A stretch of 64,000 nt of DNA, taken from positions 13,680 through 77,679 of the forward strand of contig CAYRKQ010000002.1 in assembly GCA_964424985.1 (NCBI GenBank), read 5' to 3'. Position numbers and translations under genes: made by a program. The notes beneath the pieces are model-generated. The model worked only from the letters and a program-made list of their open reading frames with translations, ran no database searches and had not been told where the DNA came from. Position 1 is the stretch's first letter. Each line of letters starts with the position of its first letter. Below, in pieces: positions 19,985 through 29,429 of this stretch. The stretch comes from an uncultured Candidatus Saccharibacteria bacterium. Lineage in GTDB: Bacteria; Patescibacteriota; Saccharimonadia; Saccharimonadales; UBA7683.

Positions 19985-22900
19985 TATGCAGCCTCCTTTT
20001 CTTCTACATCTGTTGTCGTATCGTCATTGTCATCATTGTCGTCATTATCATCGGGAGTGGCAGCGTCACTTTCGTCAAGTACTTCAAATTCGCTGGCAAC
20101 CATTTCTTCGGTCACGTCCATTGGTGTAACACCTTCAGCCACGATAGTTGCGGGATGAGAAGCTTCCTCGGCAATAGTGGCAGAAAGCACCTCTTCGGCA
20201 TCAACTTCTTCAATACCGCCCTTTTCGTTGCTAATCAAATCAACTTTCAGGCTCAACCCCTGCAGTTCTTTTACCAGCACGTTGAAGCTTTCTGGAATCT
20301 TCGGACCAACAATTGGTTCTTGCTTAATAATGCTCTCATAAGCCTTTGAGCGTCCGTAGACATCGTCAGACTTGAGTGTCAGCATTTCTTGCAAGGTGTT
20401 CGCAGCACCGTAGGCTTCCAGTGCCCAGACTTCCATCTCCCCAAAGCGCTGACCACCATTTTGCGCCTTACCACCAAGCGGCTGTTGGGTAACCATGGTG
20501 TATGGCCCAATCGAACGAGCGTGGATTTTATCGGCAACCATATGGTGCAGCTTAATAATGTGCATCATACCAACCGTGATGCGCTCTTTAAAGTACTCAC
20601 CTGTTCGGCCGTCAATAAGCTGTTGCTTTCCATCTTCGGGGAGGCCGGCTTTTTTAAGCTCAGCCTTAATTGTATCAATGGTCACGCCATTAAAGGTCGG
20701 AGTGGTAACCTTGTAGCCAAGCGTATGCGCGGCCATACCAAGGTGGGTTTCAAACAGCTGGCCGATGTTCATACGACTCGGCACACCGAGTGGGTTAAGC
20801 AGAATGTCAATTGGTTGACCTTCTTCAGTAAACGGCATGTCTTCTTCGGGCACAATTCGGGCAATCACACCTTTGTTTCCGTGACGTCCGGCCAATTTAT
20901 CACCAACGGCAATTTTGCGCATTTGAGCCACGAAGACTTGAATTTGCATAATAACGCCAGCTTTAAGGTCGTGGCCGTTTTCTCGTGAGAAGACTTTGAC
21001 GCCAACGACTTTACCGTGCTTACCATTGCTCATGCGCTGCGAGGTATCGCGAACATCTTTGGCTTTTTCACCAAAGATGGCGCGCAGTAAGCGTTCTTCG
21101 CTAGAAAGTTCTTGCTCACCTTTAGGTGTAATTTTACCAACCAAAATGTCGCCAGCTTTTACTTCAGCGCCAATAGTGACAATACCATTTTCATCAAGAT
21201 GTCGCAGCGATTCTTCAGAGACGTTTGGAATATCACGGGTGACAATTTCAGGCCCCAATTTAGTTTCACGTACCTCAACCATGTAGTCACTAATGTGTAC
21301 ACTAGTGAGTTCGTCATCTTCAACCAAACGGCGAGAAATAACAATCGAATCTTCAAAGTTATAGCCACTCCAGGGCATGAAAGCCACTAGAAGGTCTTTT
21401 CCAAGTGCTAGCTCACCATTTTGAATACTCATGCCTTCTACCAGTACATCACCGGCTTTGACCGTGTCTCCCGTTGAAACTAGTACTTTTTGGTTCATGC
21501 TGGAACCTTCGTTCGTACGAACAAAGTGCTGCAGTTGATACTTCTTGGTTTCTTTGGCATATTTAACCGCTACTTCGCCAGCATCAGCCTTGGTGACCGT
21601 TCCTGCGCCTTCAGCGTAAATAACTTGACCACTGTTTTTAGCAACGATCGCTTCTGTTCCGGTACCAACAATTGGTGATTGGGTTTTAATAAGTGGCACG
21701 GCTTGCTTTTGTTGGTTCGAGGCAATCAGTGCACGACCAACGGCATCTTTTTCGGCAAACGGAATCAGCGAGGCCGTAGAACCCAAAATTTGGTTACGAG
21801 CCGCGTCCATATGTGTTACCAGCTCAGCATCCACTTCTTCAGCTTGCAGTTTGACCCGGGCTGAAACACGCTCGACAGCAAAAGTATTATCTTTATTCAG
21901 CGGTGTACCAGCAGAGGCAATCACGGCCTTCTTTTCTTCATCGGCATCAAGATAGATAATGTCTTTAGTAATTTTGCCATTTTTGACAATTTTGTATGGT
22001 GATTCAATAAAACCGTAGTCATTAACACGGGCGTGTGAACCAAGGTTCAGTACCAAACCAATGTTGGCACCTTCTGGTGTTTCCACCGTACAAAGACGGC
22101 CATAATGGGTAGCGTGGGCATCACGAACCTCAAAACCAGCACGCTCTCTTGAAAGACCACCAGGACCCATTGAACTCAGGCGTCGTTTGTGAGCCAGCTC
22201 AGAAAGTGGGTTGGTTTGATCCATAAACTGCGAAAGCTGTGAGCTGGCAAAAAACTCGCGAACGGCGGCCACGATAGGGCGGGCGTTGATAAGCTGCGCC
22301 GGCGTAACCGTTTCGATTTCGCTCATGCTCATACGGTCTTTAGCATTGCGCTCCATTCTCAGCAGACCAATGCGGAATTGACGCTGTACGAGTTCGCCAA
22401 CAAGTTTAATGCGGCGGTTAGCAAGGCTATCAATATCGTCTGGTGCATCTTGTGTATTATTAAGACGAATAAGTTCTTTAATAATTGCTACCAAATCATC
22501 AAGACGCATGACACGATTTTTGGCAGTGTTTGCCACATCAAGTTCCAGACGTTTGTTCATTTTGTAGCGACCCACGCGGCTGATATCAAACCTCTTATAG
22601 TTAAAGAAGGTGTTTTCAATCAGGCTTTTGGCGTTATCAACCGTCGCTAAATCACCAGGGCGAATGCGGCGGTAGACTTCAATAAGCGCGTCGTTTGTAC
22701 CTTTGCTTGGATCCTTTTCAATGGTGGCATCAATATGCTTGACGTCACCAGTGTCAACGTCTTTGAAAAGTTCTTGCAGCTGCGCATTTTGACCATAGCC
22801 AAGGGCTCTGAGCAGTGTGGTGACAGGAATTTTACGCTTACGGTCAATCTTAACGTAGATTGCACCGTTAGCTGCAGTTTCAAACTCTAACCAGGCGCCA

Positions 22901-23436
22901 CGGCCGGGAATCAGTTTGGCACCGTACAGGTTGCGTCCACCGCTGGTGGCAGCCGTAAAAAATACGCCTGGTGAGCGTATTAATTGGCTGACGACGACAC
23001 GTTCTGCACCGTTAATCACAAAAGTACCGCGGCTTGTCATCCACGGATAGTCACCCATATAAATTTCTTGTTCTTTGACTTCACCAGTCACTTTGTTGGT
23101 AAGTTCAATCGTGACGTACAGTGGAGCATCAAAACTGACGTTGTTCTCGCGAGCATCACGCTCAGTGATTTTCGGATCTTTAAAATGATACTGTTTGAAC
23201 CGTAGTTCTAGTTTTTGACCAGTGTAGTCTTCTACTGGGTTAATTTCCGCGAAGATCTCGCCGAGACCCTCTTGGACAAAGTTTGTGAAAGATTTGAGCT
23301 GGTGCTCAATTAAGTTTGGAAGTGCCAAGTCATCATCATCGCTCGTGAATGAAATGCGCATTGGGCGCTTTTTAAGATCTGTCTTAGCCATAGGCAGATA
23401 CTGCTCCTTATAGAACTTCGCCGTAGTTACATGCAT
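19984..23436 (-). CDS. rpoB: DNA-directed RNA polymerase subunit beta
   Basis: 1150 aa with conserved beta-subunit motifs. It ends in an unusual acidic tail, DDNDDNDDNDDTTTDVEEKEAA. Confidence 0.95.
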   Translation of the reverse strand: MHVTTAKFYKEQYLPMAKTDLKKRPMRISFTSDDDDLALPNLIEHQLKSFTNFVQEGLGEIFAEINPVEDYTGQKLELRFKQYHFKDPKITERDARENNVSFDAPLYVTIELTNKVTGEVKEQEIYMGDYPWMTSRGTFVINGAERVVVSQLIRSPGVFFTAATSGGRNLYGAKLIPGRGAWLEFETAANGAIYVKIDRKRKIPVTTLLRALGYGQNAQLQELFKDVDTGDVKHIDATIEKDPSKGTNDALIEVYRRIRPGDLATVDNAKSLIENTFFNYKRFDISRVGRYKMNKRLELDVANTAKNRVMRLDDLVAIIKELIRLNNTQDAPDDIDSLANRRIKLVGELVQRQFRIGLLRMERNAKDRMSMSEIETVTPAQLINARPIVAAVREFFASSQLSQFMDQTNPLSELAHKRRLSSMGPGGLSRERAGFEVRDAHATHYGRLCTVETPEGANIGLVLNLGSHARVNDYGFIESPYKIVKNGKITKDIIYLDADEEKKAVIASAGTPLNKDNTFAVERVSARVKLQAEEVDAELVTHMDAARNQILGSTASLIPFAEKDAVGRALIASNQQKQAVPLIKTQSPIVGTGTEAIVAKNSGQVIYAEGAGTVTKADAGEVAVKYAKETKKYQLQHFVRTNEGSSMNQKVLVSTGDTVKAGDVLVEGMSIQNGELALGKDLLVAFMPWSGYNFEDSIVISRRLVEDDELTSVHISDYMVEVRETKLGPEIVTRDIPNVSEESLRHLDENGIVTIGAEVKAGDILVGKITPKGEQELSSEERLLRAIFGEKAKDVRDTSQRMSNGKHGKVVGVKVFSRENGHDLKAGVIMQIQVFVAQMRKIAVGDKLAGRHGNKGVIARIVPEEDMPFTEEGQPIDILLNPLGVPSRMNIGQLFETHLGMAAHTLGYKVTTPTFNGVTIDTIKAELKKAGLPEDGKQQLIDGRTGEYFKERITVGMMHIIKLHHMVADKIHARSIGPYTMVTQQPLGGKAQNGGQRFGEMEVWALEAYGAANTLQEMLTLKSDDVYGRSKAYESIIKQEPIVGPKIPESFNVLVKELQGLSLKVDLISNEKGGIEEVDAEEVLSATIAEEASHPATIVAEGVTPMDVTEEMVASEFEVLDESDAATPDDNDDNDDNDDTTTDVEEKEAA

Positions 23437-23590
23437 GCAAAATGCAACTCGTGCTCAGTAGTTAAATTGTTTGAACAAACTCGAAGTGACCCTAAGCTCG
23501 CATTGTGATTTGCTTTACTGCAGTTGAAGCAAATCAGGCTTACACTACCTCTTGCAATACATTGTGAGGCAATCTATCCAGTAAGTCAAG

Positions 23591-24175
23591 TTATTTGATT
23601 GGTTTTGTGATAATCCTGTCGACAAGGCCGTACTTCACCGATTCTTCGGCAGTCATCCAGAAGTCGCGTTCCATGTCGTGGTGAATTTTCTCGTGTTTTT
23701 GACCGGTATTTTTGGCCATAATATCTTCAAGAAGTCGTTTAATTCTGAGAGATTCTTTCAAGTCAATTTCTTGATCGGTAACTTTACCTCGTGTACCACT
23801 AGATGGCTGGTGGATCATCATGGTGGCGTTGGGCAGTATAAAGCGCTTACCTTTGGTGCCGGAGCTGAGTAAAAACGCCGCAGCGGAAGCCTGCACGCCA
23901 ATACCAAACGTCTGTATGTCATTAGAGAGGTATTGCATGGTGTCATAAATTGCCAGCGCGTCGTAGACATGACCACCAGGGCTGTTGATGTACATGTAAA
24001 TATCTTTCTTGGCATCTTCACTTTGCAAAAACAAAAGCTGCGCCACAATCAAGCCGGCCGTGTGCTCATTTACTTCGTCATGCAAAAAAATGATGCGGTC
24101 ACGCAGAAGACGGCTATAGATATCAAAGGCACGTTCTCCCTGGCCAGACGGTTCAATAACAGTTGGAACTAACAT
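23591..24175 (-). CDS. clpP: ATP-dependent Clp protease proteolytic subunit ClpP
   Basis: 194 aa, IYMYINSPGG...MIHQP, with Ser, His and Asp triad residues present. Confidence 0.9.
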   Translation of the reverse strand: MLVPTVIEPSGQGERAFDIYSRLLRDRIIFLHDEVNEHTAGLIVAQLLFLQSEDAKKDIYMYINSPGGHVYDALAIYDTMQYLSNDIQTFGIGVQASAAAFLLSSGTKGKRFILPNATMMIHQPSSGTRGKVTDQEIDLKESLRIKRLLEDIMAKNTGQKHEKIHHDMERDFWMTAEESVKYGLVDRIITKPIK

Positions 24176-24185
24176 AATTTCATAC

Positions 24186-24212
24186 TAGCAATTTAGCACT
24201 CAACAGTCAAGA
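24186..24212 (-). promoter_or_regulatory. CIRCE inverted repeat (HrcA operator) between tig and clpP
   Basis: The plus strand reads TTAGCACTC-N9-GACTGCTAA. The CIRCE consensus is TTAGCACTC-N9-GAGTGCTAA, so there is one mismatch. It lies 11 to 37 bp upstream of the clpP ATG. Confidence 0.7.
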
Positions 24213-24215
24213 CTG

Positions 24216-25496
24216 CTAACTTGTTGCGGTTGAGTAGAGGTAATCAACCGTCTTTTCAGTGAGCATACGAGAAAGGACTTCACGTTGCATTTCTGGCTTG
24301 GAAAAGTCTCCAGCCTGTTGCTGATACTGGGCTTGGTATTGGGCAATTCGCTCTTTCAGCTCAGCTTCATTTACCGTCAGTTTTTCTTTTTCAGCAATCT
24401 CCGCTAATACCATACCCACTGACACACGGCGCTCAGCTTGCGGCTTCAGCGCTTTTTCGCGCCAATCGTCTTCATCTTTATAGTTTTCTTGCTTGATGTA
24501 TTCTGGCAAAGTGATGCCTCTGTAGGTGAGGTTTTGACGCATGTCTTGTTCAAGACTTTCTATCTGATCGGCAATTAAAATCTGCGGTAGTACCATTTTA
24601 GATTTCTTGACAAGCTCTTCAACAATTTCATCTTTAATTTTGTTCTCGGCTTCCGTTGTCTTCTGCTGGGTAAGCTGTGCTTTAATATCTTTCTTTAACT
24701 CTGCAAGCGTTTTAAATGGTCCAACAGTGGCCGCAAAAGCATCATCAGCCTTTGGCAGCACAACTGCTTTTACCTCTTTAACCGTCGTCTTGAAAGTGAT
24801 TTTTGTACCAGCCAAGTTTTTGGCGTGGTAATCTTTAGGGAAGCTTAACTTAAGATCTTTCTTGTCGCCTTTTTTAACGCCTACCAGACCTTCTTCAAAG
24901 CCTGGGATGAAGGTATTGCTCCCAAGTACTAACGGGTAATCTTTGCCGCTAGCACCAGCCACCGCAGCGCCTTTGGCGTCAACGCCTTCAAAATCAATCC
25001 AGACTTCGTCATCATTCTTGGCGGCTCGATCAACTGGTTCTTTGGTGGCTACCCGTGTTCGTAGGTTGTCTATAACCTCTGTGACCTCTTTCTCTGCAAC
25101 GGTAATTTTCGGTTTCGTTTTCTTAATTTTACTGTAATCACCTAGCTTTATTTCTGGCATGATTTCAAACGCAGCCTTAAACTCCATTTCGGTAAACGGT
25201 ACAAATTTCAGCACATCAATTTGTGGTGAATTAAGTGGTTTCAGATCTTCCTTAATTGCAGCTTGGCGATAAAAGGTTTCAATGGCTTCTTGCAAGAATT
25301 CCGATTGAAATTGGCCTTGGTCAACATTCTTCTCAACCACTGAAAGTGGTGCCTTGCCTGGTCGAAACCCAGCAATTTTAAGCTTGCCAGCAAAATGCCC
25401 CAGCACGTGATTCTTTAGTTTTTCTAACTGTTCCGCATCCGCTGAGATTACAAGCTCAACTTCAGTCTCTGATTTATTGGTTCGTTTTACATTCAT
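24216..25496 (-). CDS. tig: Trigger factor
   Basis: 429 aa ORF, start probably at the internal Met of MNVKRT. GKLKIAGFRPGKAPLSVVEK and FKBP-like and C-terminal domains are present. Confidence 0.85.
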   Translation of the reverse strand: MNVKRTNKSETEVELVISADAEQLEKLKNHVLGHFAGKLKIAGFRPGKAPLSVVEKNVDQGQFQSEFLQEAIETFYRQAAIKEDLKPLNSPQIDVLKFVPFTEMEFKAAFEIMPEIKLGDYSKIKKTKPKITVAEKEVTEVIDNLRTRVATKEPVDRAAKNDDEVWIDFEGVDAKGAAVAGASGKDYPLVLGSNTFIPGFEEGLVGVKKGDKKDLKLSFPKDYHAKNLAGTKITFKTTVKEVKAVVLPKADDAFAATVGPFKTLAELKKDIKAQLTQQKTTEAENKIKDEIVEELVKKSKMVLPQILIADQIESLEQDMRQNLTYRGITLPEYIKQENYKDEDDWREKALKPQAERRVSVGMVLAEIAEKEKLTVNEAELKERIAQYQAQYQQQAGDFSKPEMQREVLSRMLTEKTVDYLYSTATS

Positions 25497-25570
25497 AAGA
25501 TGCAATTATCTCACATCAGATGAAAAAAGTGAACCGCTGACAAGGATAATCCTTGTAAGCGGAAGGAAGG

Positions 25571-26863
25571 CTATTGTACCACTTTCGCGATTTCGCTGGC
25601 TGTCAAAACATCTTCTTTTTGGGTTTCGACATTGCGTAAAATGTACTTCTGGGCTCGGACTTCTTCTTCGCCGACAAAGAGAAGATATGGGACACTCATT
25701 TTTAAGGCAGATTTAAGTTGTTTTTCAGGTTTGCGGCCTGAGATATCAACGGCAACATTTACACCCTTCGCTCGTAGTTGCTTTGCAACCTCTTGTGCTT
25801 CTTTCAACACCTCCCCTACCACCACCATGTAGATCTGGGTGGTGGAGGTCATTGGCGGCTCTAGCTTGTGGCTGGCGAGGAAGTTTTCGATTGGCGCATC
25901 ACCCATACCAAAACCAACAGTGGCCACCGGTTCAACACCGAACGCTCCCACCAGGCCGTCATAGCGGCCACCGCCGAACATAGAACGATTATTTTCCGGA
26001 TCAAGATCGAAGACTTCAAACACAATATCGGTATAGTAGTCGAAACCCCGCATTAACGTGATATCAAACACCGCTGAGCTAATTTGATGTTCGCCCAGCA
26101 GCGTGAAAAGCATCTGCACCTCTTTGACTGCTTGTGAGGTCTTGATTTCGTCTGGTAAATCCGCGAGCGACTTCGCTTTTAAAAGTGCCTTTAGCTTTTC
26201 GAGGCCCGCGACTTGCGCTTTTGTCTTAAAAATCTCCCGTGCCTTTTCAACAAAATCAGCCGGCTTAATTTTATCCTTCTTATCAAACAGTTGTATCATT
26301 TGTTTGGCCTGAGCTGCATCCAGCTCAAGATAACTACTCATGATGAGATTGATGAGTTTCCGCGAATTGACCTTAATTTGATACATTGACTCATCAGCCC
26401 CAAATTCACGCATAATGGCATCGGCCATACTGATAATCTCCAGATCCGCGTCGATTGTAGCCACGCCAAATATATCAACATTCAACTGCCAGAACTGTCG
26501 GTTCCGTCCGCGCTGCGGCCGCTCATAGCGCCAACAGTCTGGAATTGAATACCACCTGAGTGGATATGGCAGCTCTTGCCGGCGCGCCGCCACCATCCGG
26601 CTGACACTCGGTGTCATTTCAGGCCGCAGCACCACATTTCGCCCACCTCTATCTGTAAAATTATAGGTTTGCTCATTCACAATTTCATCACTCGTTTTAG
26701 AGGTAAATAGTTCAATTGGCTCCAAGACCGGCGCTGTATACTCTTCATAGCCGTACCGTTCGCAAACTTTCTTCCAAACCCCAAAAATGTAATTTTGCAG
26801 TCGTTTATCCTCAGGATAAAAATCCCGCGCCCCTTTATAACTTTGTGTACTTAATTTCGCCAT
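25571..26863 (-). CDS. hisS: Histidine--tRNA ligase
   Basis: 430 aa, GARDFYPEDKRL...class II synthetase motifs. A GGGRYDGL-like motif is present. Confidence 0.9.
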   Translation of the reverse strand: MAKLSTQSYKGARDFYPEDKRLQNYIFGVWKKVCERYGYEEYTAPVLEPIELFTSKTSDEIVNEQTYNFTDRGGRNVVLRPEMTPSVSRMVAARRQELPYPLRWYSIPDCWRYERPQRGRNRQFWQLNVDIFGVATIDADLEIISMADAIMREFGADESMYQIKVNSRKLINLIMSSYLELDAAQAKQMIQLFDKKDKIKPADFVEKAREIFKTKAQVAGLEKLKALLKAKSLADLPDEIKTSQAVKEVQMLFTLLGEHQISSAVFDITLMRGFDYYTDIVFEVFDLDPENNRSMFGGGRYDGLVGAFGVEPVATVGFGMGDAPIENFLASHKLEPPMTSTTQIYMVVVGEVLKEAQEVAKQLRAKGVNVAVDISGRKPEKQLKSALKMSVPYLLFVGEEEVRAQKYILRNVETQKEDVLTASEIAKVVQ

Positions 26864-26895
26864 AATTTCCTTTATTATAACCGCATGAGCAGTAT

Positions 26896-27777
26896 TTAGT
26901 TAATAGATAGTGTCTTTCTTGGGTTCTGTACAAGCATCCGCTCAATATCATCCAGGGCAACTCCAGCTCGCAATAATCTCTTGGCAAAATCTCTCAACGC
27001 CTCACTAGGGCTTGGGCTAAATTCTTGACCAACATCAGAAGAAAGAATTACTGAACCAGCTCCAACTGCCTTGATTTGAGCAGCAATCTCTTCAATAGAA
27101 ATGCCGTCCATGCTGAACATTGAATATGGCTGCTCCATAAAACATCCTATTTTCGCTAGCTTCTTCTGCGTCGCTATGGGCATTTGAATGTGCTGATAGA
27201 TCGGGTGGGTTATGATGACGGTCACCCCAAGCTTTCTCGCAAACTCTGCCACTAAAACACTTTCTTCTGCGGAAATATGTCCCGTCGCCAGAACGGCTCC
27301 TACCTGAGCGATCATCTTTATGACTTTTTTGGTGTCAGTTGTTAGCGCGCCATTCTCCGCTACTTTGACTGGTGTTGTCTGCAAAGCAGATTTCAACTTG
27401 AGGCTTTTATCCTGAACCCATTCGGGCGCAATTTCGTATTGATTATTTTTCAAAAATTGTTCAGCATTTATTGTTGGGAACCACACAATGAACGTCTTCT
27501 TTGCAATAAGAGACGTCGCATAAACTGCCTCAGCATTCATTCCGCCTACAGCGTTATTGAGCACAATACTACCGTATATATCTAGCTCGCTTTCGTCGAC
27601 CGCACTAATCATCGGTTCTGTAGGGTAAAAGTGGTTTTTCAGCACACAGCCCGCCAGTTTGCCTGTTTCAAGTTTTCTCAATGAATTCACTGTGTACTTT
27701 CTTGGAATGACCTCTGGCCCAATGTGAACGTGAAGATCGTACGCGTTCTTGATTATCTGTTCAAGCTGATTCATCAC
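26896..27777 (-). CDS. Putative metal-dependent hydrolase of the amidohydrolase/TIM-barrel superfamily
   Basis: 293 aa. It has an N-terminal DLHVHI (the HxH metal motif), later ATGH and ITHP histidines, and a C-terminal SSDVG aspartate. The family assignment is by inference only. Confidence 0.45.
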   Translation of the reverse strand: MMNQLEQIIKNAYDLHVHIGPEVIPRKYTVNSLRKLETGKLAGCVLKNHFYPTEPMISAVDESELDIYGSIVLNNAVGGMNAEAVYATSLIAKKTFIVWFPTINAEQFLKNNQYEIAPEWVQDKSLKLKSALQTTPVKVAENGALTTDTKKVIKMIAQVGAVLATGHISAEESVLVAEFARKLGVTVIITHPIYQHIQMPIATQKKLAKIGCFMEQPYSMFSMDGISIEEIAAQIKAVGAGSVILSSDVGQEFSPSPSEALRDFAKRLLRAGVALDDIERMLVQNPRKTLSIN

Positions 27778-28476
27778 CTACCCTCCTTTTAGCCATGGTG
27801 CACGAAGCTCCTCTGGAACATATAGTCGTGGCACATCACCACACATTATGTCACGTTCTGGCCAGTTTAAACTAACCCAAACCGCGTCCATTGCTTCATT
27901 AACATATGCAGCCTCTGCAGCGCGCAGCATGCTGTACTCCGCAGCCGACTCGTAAACTTCATCATATTCTGACTTGCTTGAATACTTCTCAGCTGCTTCT
28001 AGGATTTTCTCTTGCTGCTTCGGTTCAAGTCTTTCAAACGCGTACGCCTCCCTAGCTCGTAATTGCACCATTCGGCTATCTTCTAGTACCGATGTCGCGG
28101 TGAAAAAATTTTGATCTGTAGACCCAATCAAATCTGAAACATTACGCCAGTACATCTTTGCTTTTGTGATATCAAAATTATTTCGAAGAGCGTATGTATC
28201 AGCAAACATCACTAAAGAATTTACGTCAAAAAACTTTTTCAACCGCTCTTTAAGACCGTTTGAACCAAAGAGCCATTCAATTGTTTGGAGCTCGGGAGAG
28301 CCGATTTCGGTTCGACCATTAGCTGGAGCTGCCCACGGGATAAATATATCGATCCCACCTTTCATAACAGCATTGCCAATTTTCCCAGCAAGTTGCTCTC
28401 CACCTTTTGGCTTACACCCGGAGTAATTCCTGACCTCCCATAAAACAGCATCTGTTCTATTAGTTTTTTCACTCAT
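27778..28476 (-). CDS. Hypothetical 232 aa protein, translationally coupled to the downstream hydrolase
   Basis: Its stop is adjacent to the start of the 26896..27777 gene, and its start overlaps the stop of the upstream membrane protein gene. I recognise no family. Confidence 0.5.
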   Translation of the reverse strand: MSEKTNRTDAVLWEVRNYSGCKPKGGEQLAGKIGNAVMKGGIDIFIPWAAPANGRTEIGSPELQTIEWLFGSNGLKERLKKFFDVNSLVMFADTYALRNNFDITKAKMYWRNVSDLIGSTDQNFFTATSVLEDSRMVQLRAREAYAFERLEPKQQEKILEAAEKYSSKSEYDEVYESAAEYSMLRAAEAAYVNEAMDAVWVSLNWPERDIMCGDVPRLYVPEELRAPWLKGG

Positions 28477-28792
28477 CGGCAGGCTCCTTGTCCAGCAGAA
28501 CTACCACACCAGTACATGCTGTTAATGCGCCTCCTAGTACTAGGAGACCTGACCCTACTTCACTCAGAGGAGGCCTATCCGCACAAGGAGATCTAGCAGG
28601 CCCTTCCGAGTTGGGGATAAGAGGTTTATCGCAATTTTTAATAGCCTCCATCTCAGATCTTGCTACGTCGGAGTCGTAAGTCGCCCAACTAACCCCGAGA
28701 CCAGCACTCATCATGAGAATCCCCGCCACAACTATTTTTCTGCCGTTAGCTTGGATCCTCTCTTCAATATTGTATTTTATACTTTCACTCAT
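28469..28792 (-). CDS. Small hypothetical membrane protein, about 107 aa with two TM segments
   Basis: A Met at 28792 (MSESIKY) is preceded by a GAGGA Shine-Dalgarno. The longer ORF reaching 28867 would run through an intrinsic terminator and is rejected. Confidence 0.45.
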   Translation of the reverse strand: MSESIKYNIEERIQANGRKIVVAGILMMSAGLGVSWATYDSDVARSEMEAIKNCDKPLIPNSEGPARSPCADRPPLSEVGSGLLVLGGALTACTGVVVLLDKEPADE

Positions 28793-28831
28793 ATTTTCCT
28801 CATCTTGTTTCATTAATCTAATTTGAATATT

Positions 28832-28858
28832 AAAAAACGCCCCGGAGCCGGAGCGTTT
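28832..28858 (-). terminator. Intrinsic terminator or attenuator hairpin with a U6 tract
   Basis: The minus strand reads AAACGCUCCG-GCUC-CGGGGCGUUU followed by UUUUUU. It lies between the promoter at about 28975 and the gene start at 28792. Confidence 0.6.
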
Positions 28859-28973
28859 ATTGTTCAAATTTAGAGTATGAAGAAACTACCCGGCTACACG
28901 AGGCTGGATATGTGCATGGCTGAAGTTAGCCGCTAGTCTGGTGGTTAGATATACTTTACACATCTATCTTCTC

Positions 28974-29004
28974 ATTATATCACACTATGTCAAGTTTTGT
29001 CAAG
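28974..29004 (-). promoter_or_regulatory. Consensus promoter (TTGACA-N4-TTGACA-N8-TGnTATAAT)
   Basis: The minus strand reads TTGACAaaacTTGACAtagtgtgaTATAAT. A 25 aa ORF starts 10 nt downstream of it. Confidence 0.55.
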
Positions 29005-29007
29005 TTT

Positions 29008-29388
29008 TTACGCTGCGTGATGTTCGAGAGTAGTTATTCGGACTTCATGATCGTCAACTTTGTTGGCGGTAGCATCAAGCTTATTTTCAATGCGGGTCGT
29101 CGTGGCACGTATGTCTTCAAGTTCAGTGTGTATTTTTTGTATCTCAGTGCCAACCGCGCCTAGTATTTCCTGCGCTGACTCAGCTACTATTTCTTTCATT
29201 TCAGCACGCAATTCATCGCCTTGACTCTTTATTTCAGCACGCAATTCATCGCCTTGACTCTTTATTTCAGCGCGCAGTTCTTCACCCTGACTCTTTATTT
29301 CAGTGTGTAAATCAGTGCCTTGGCCAACAATCAGATTCTTTAAATCTTCAATGTCTTGTTTTGTAGCTGCGACGTCGTTTTTGCTCAT
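29008..29388 (-). CDS. Coiled-coil protein with three perfect 13 aa tandem repeats (EIKSQGDELRA), leaderless
   Basis: 126 aa. The DNA carries a 39 bp tandem repeat at about 29195..29330. An extended -10 (TGTGATAAAAT) ends 6 nt before the ATG. Confidence 0.55.
   Translation of the reverse strand: MSKNDVAATKQDIEDLKNLIVGQGTDLHTEIKSQGEELRAEIKSQGDELRAEIKSQGDELRAEMKEIVAESAQEILGAVGTEIQKIHTELEDIRATTTRIENKLDATANKVDDHEVRITTLEHHAA
29195..29330 (-). repeat. 39 bp in-frame tandem repeat, about 3.5 copies, inside a CDS
   Basis: gcacgcaattcatcgccttgactctttatttca is repeated with minor variants. Confidence 0.7.
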
Positions 29389-29429
29389 ATGCTTATTTTA
29401 TCACACGATGAGGCTGTTATAATGAAGAT

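Noticed and set aside
20389-20988. 199 aa ORF on the plus strand
   Set aside because: It lies entirely antisense within rpoB. It has no promoter or Shine-Dalgarno and is most likely a shadow ORF.
28793-28867. Longer N-terminal extension of the membrane protein ORF (start at 28867)
   Set aside because: The extension would run through the strong terminator hairpin. The internal Met at 28792 has a GAGGA Shine-Dalgarno.
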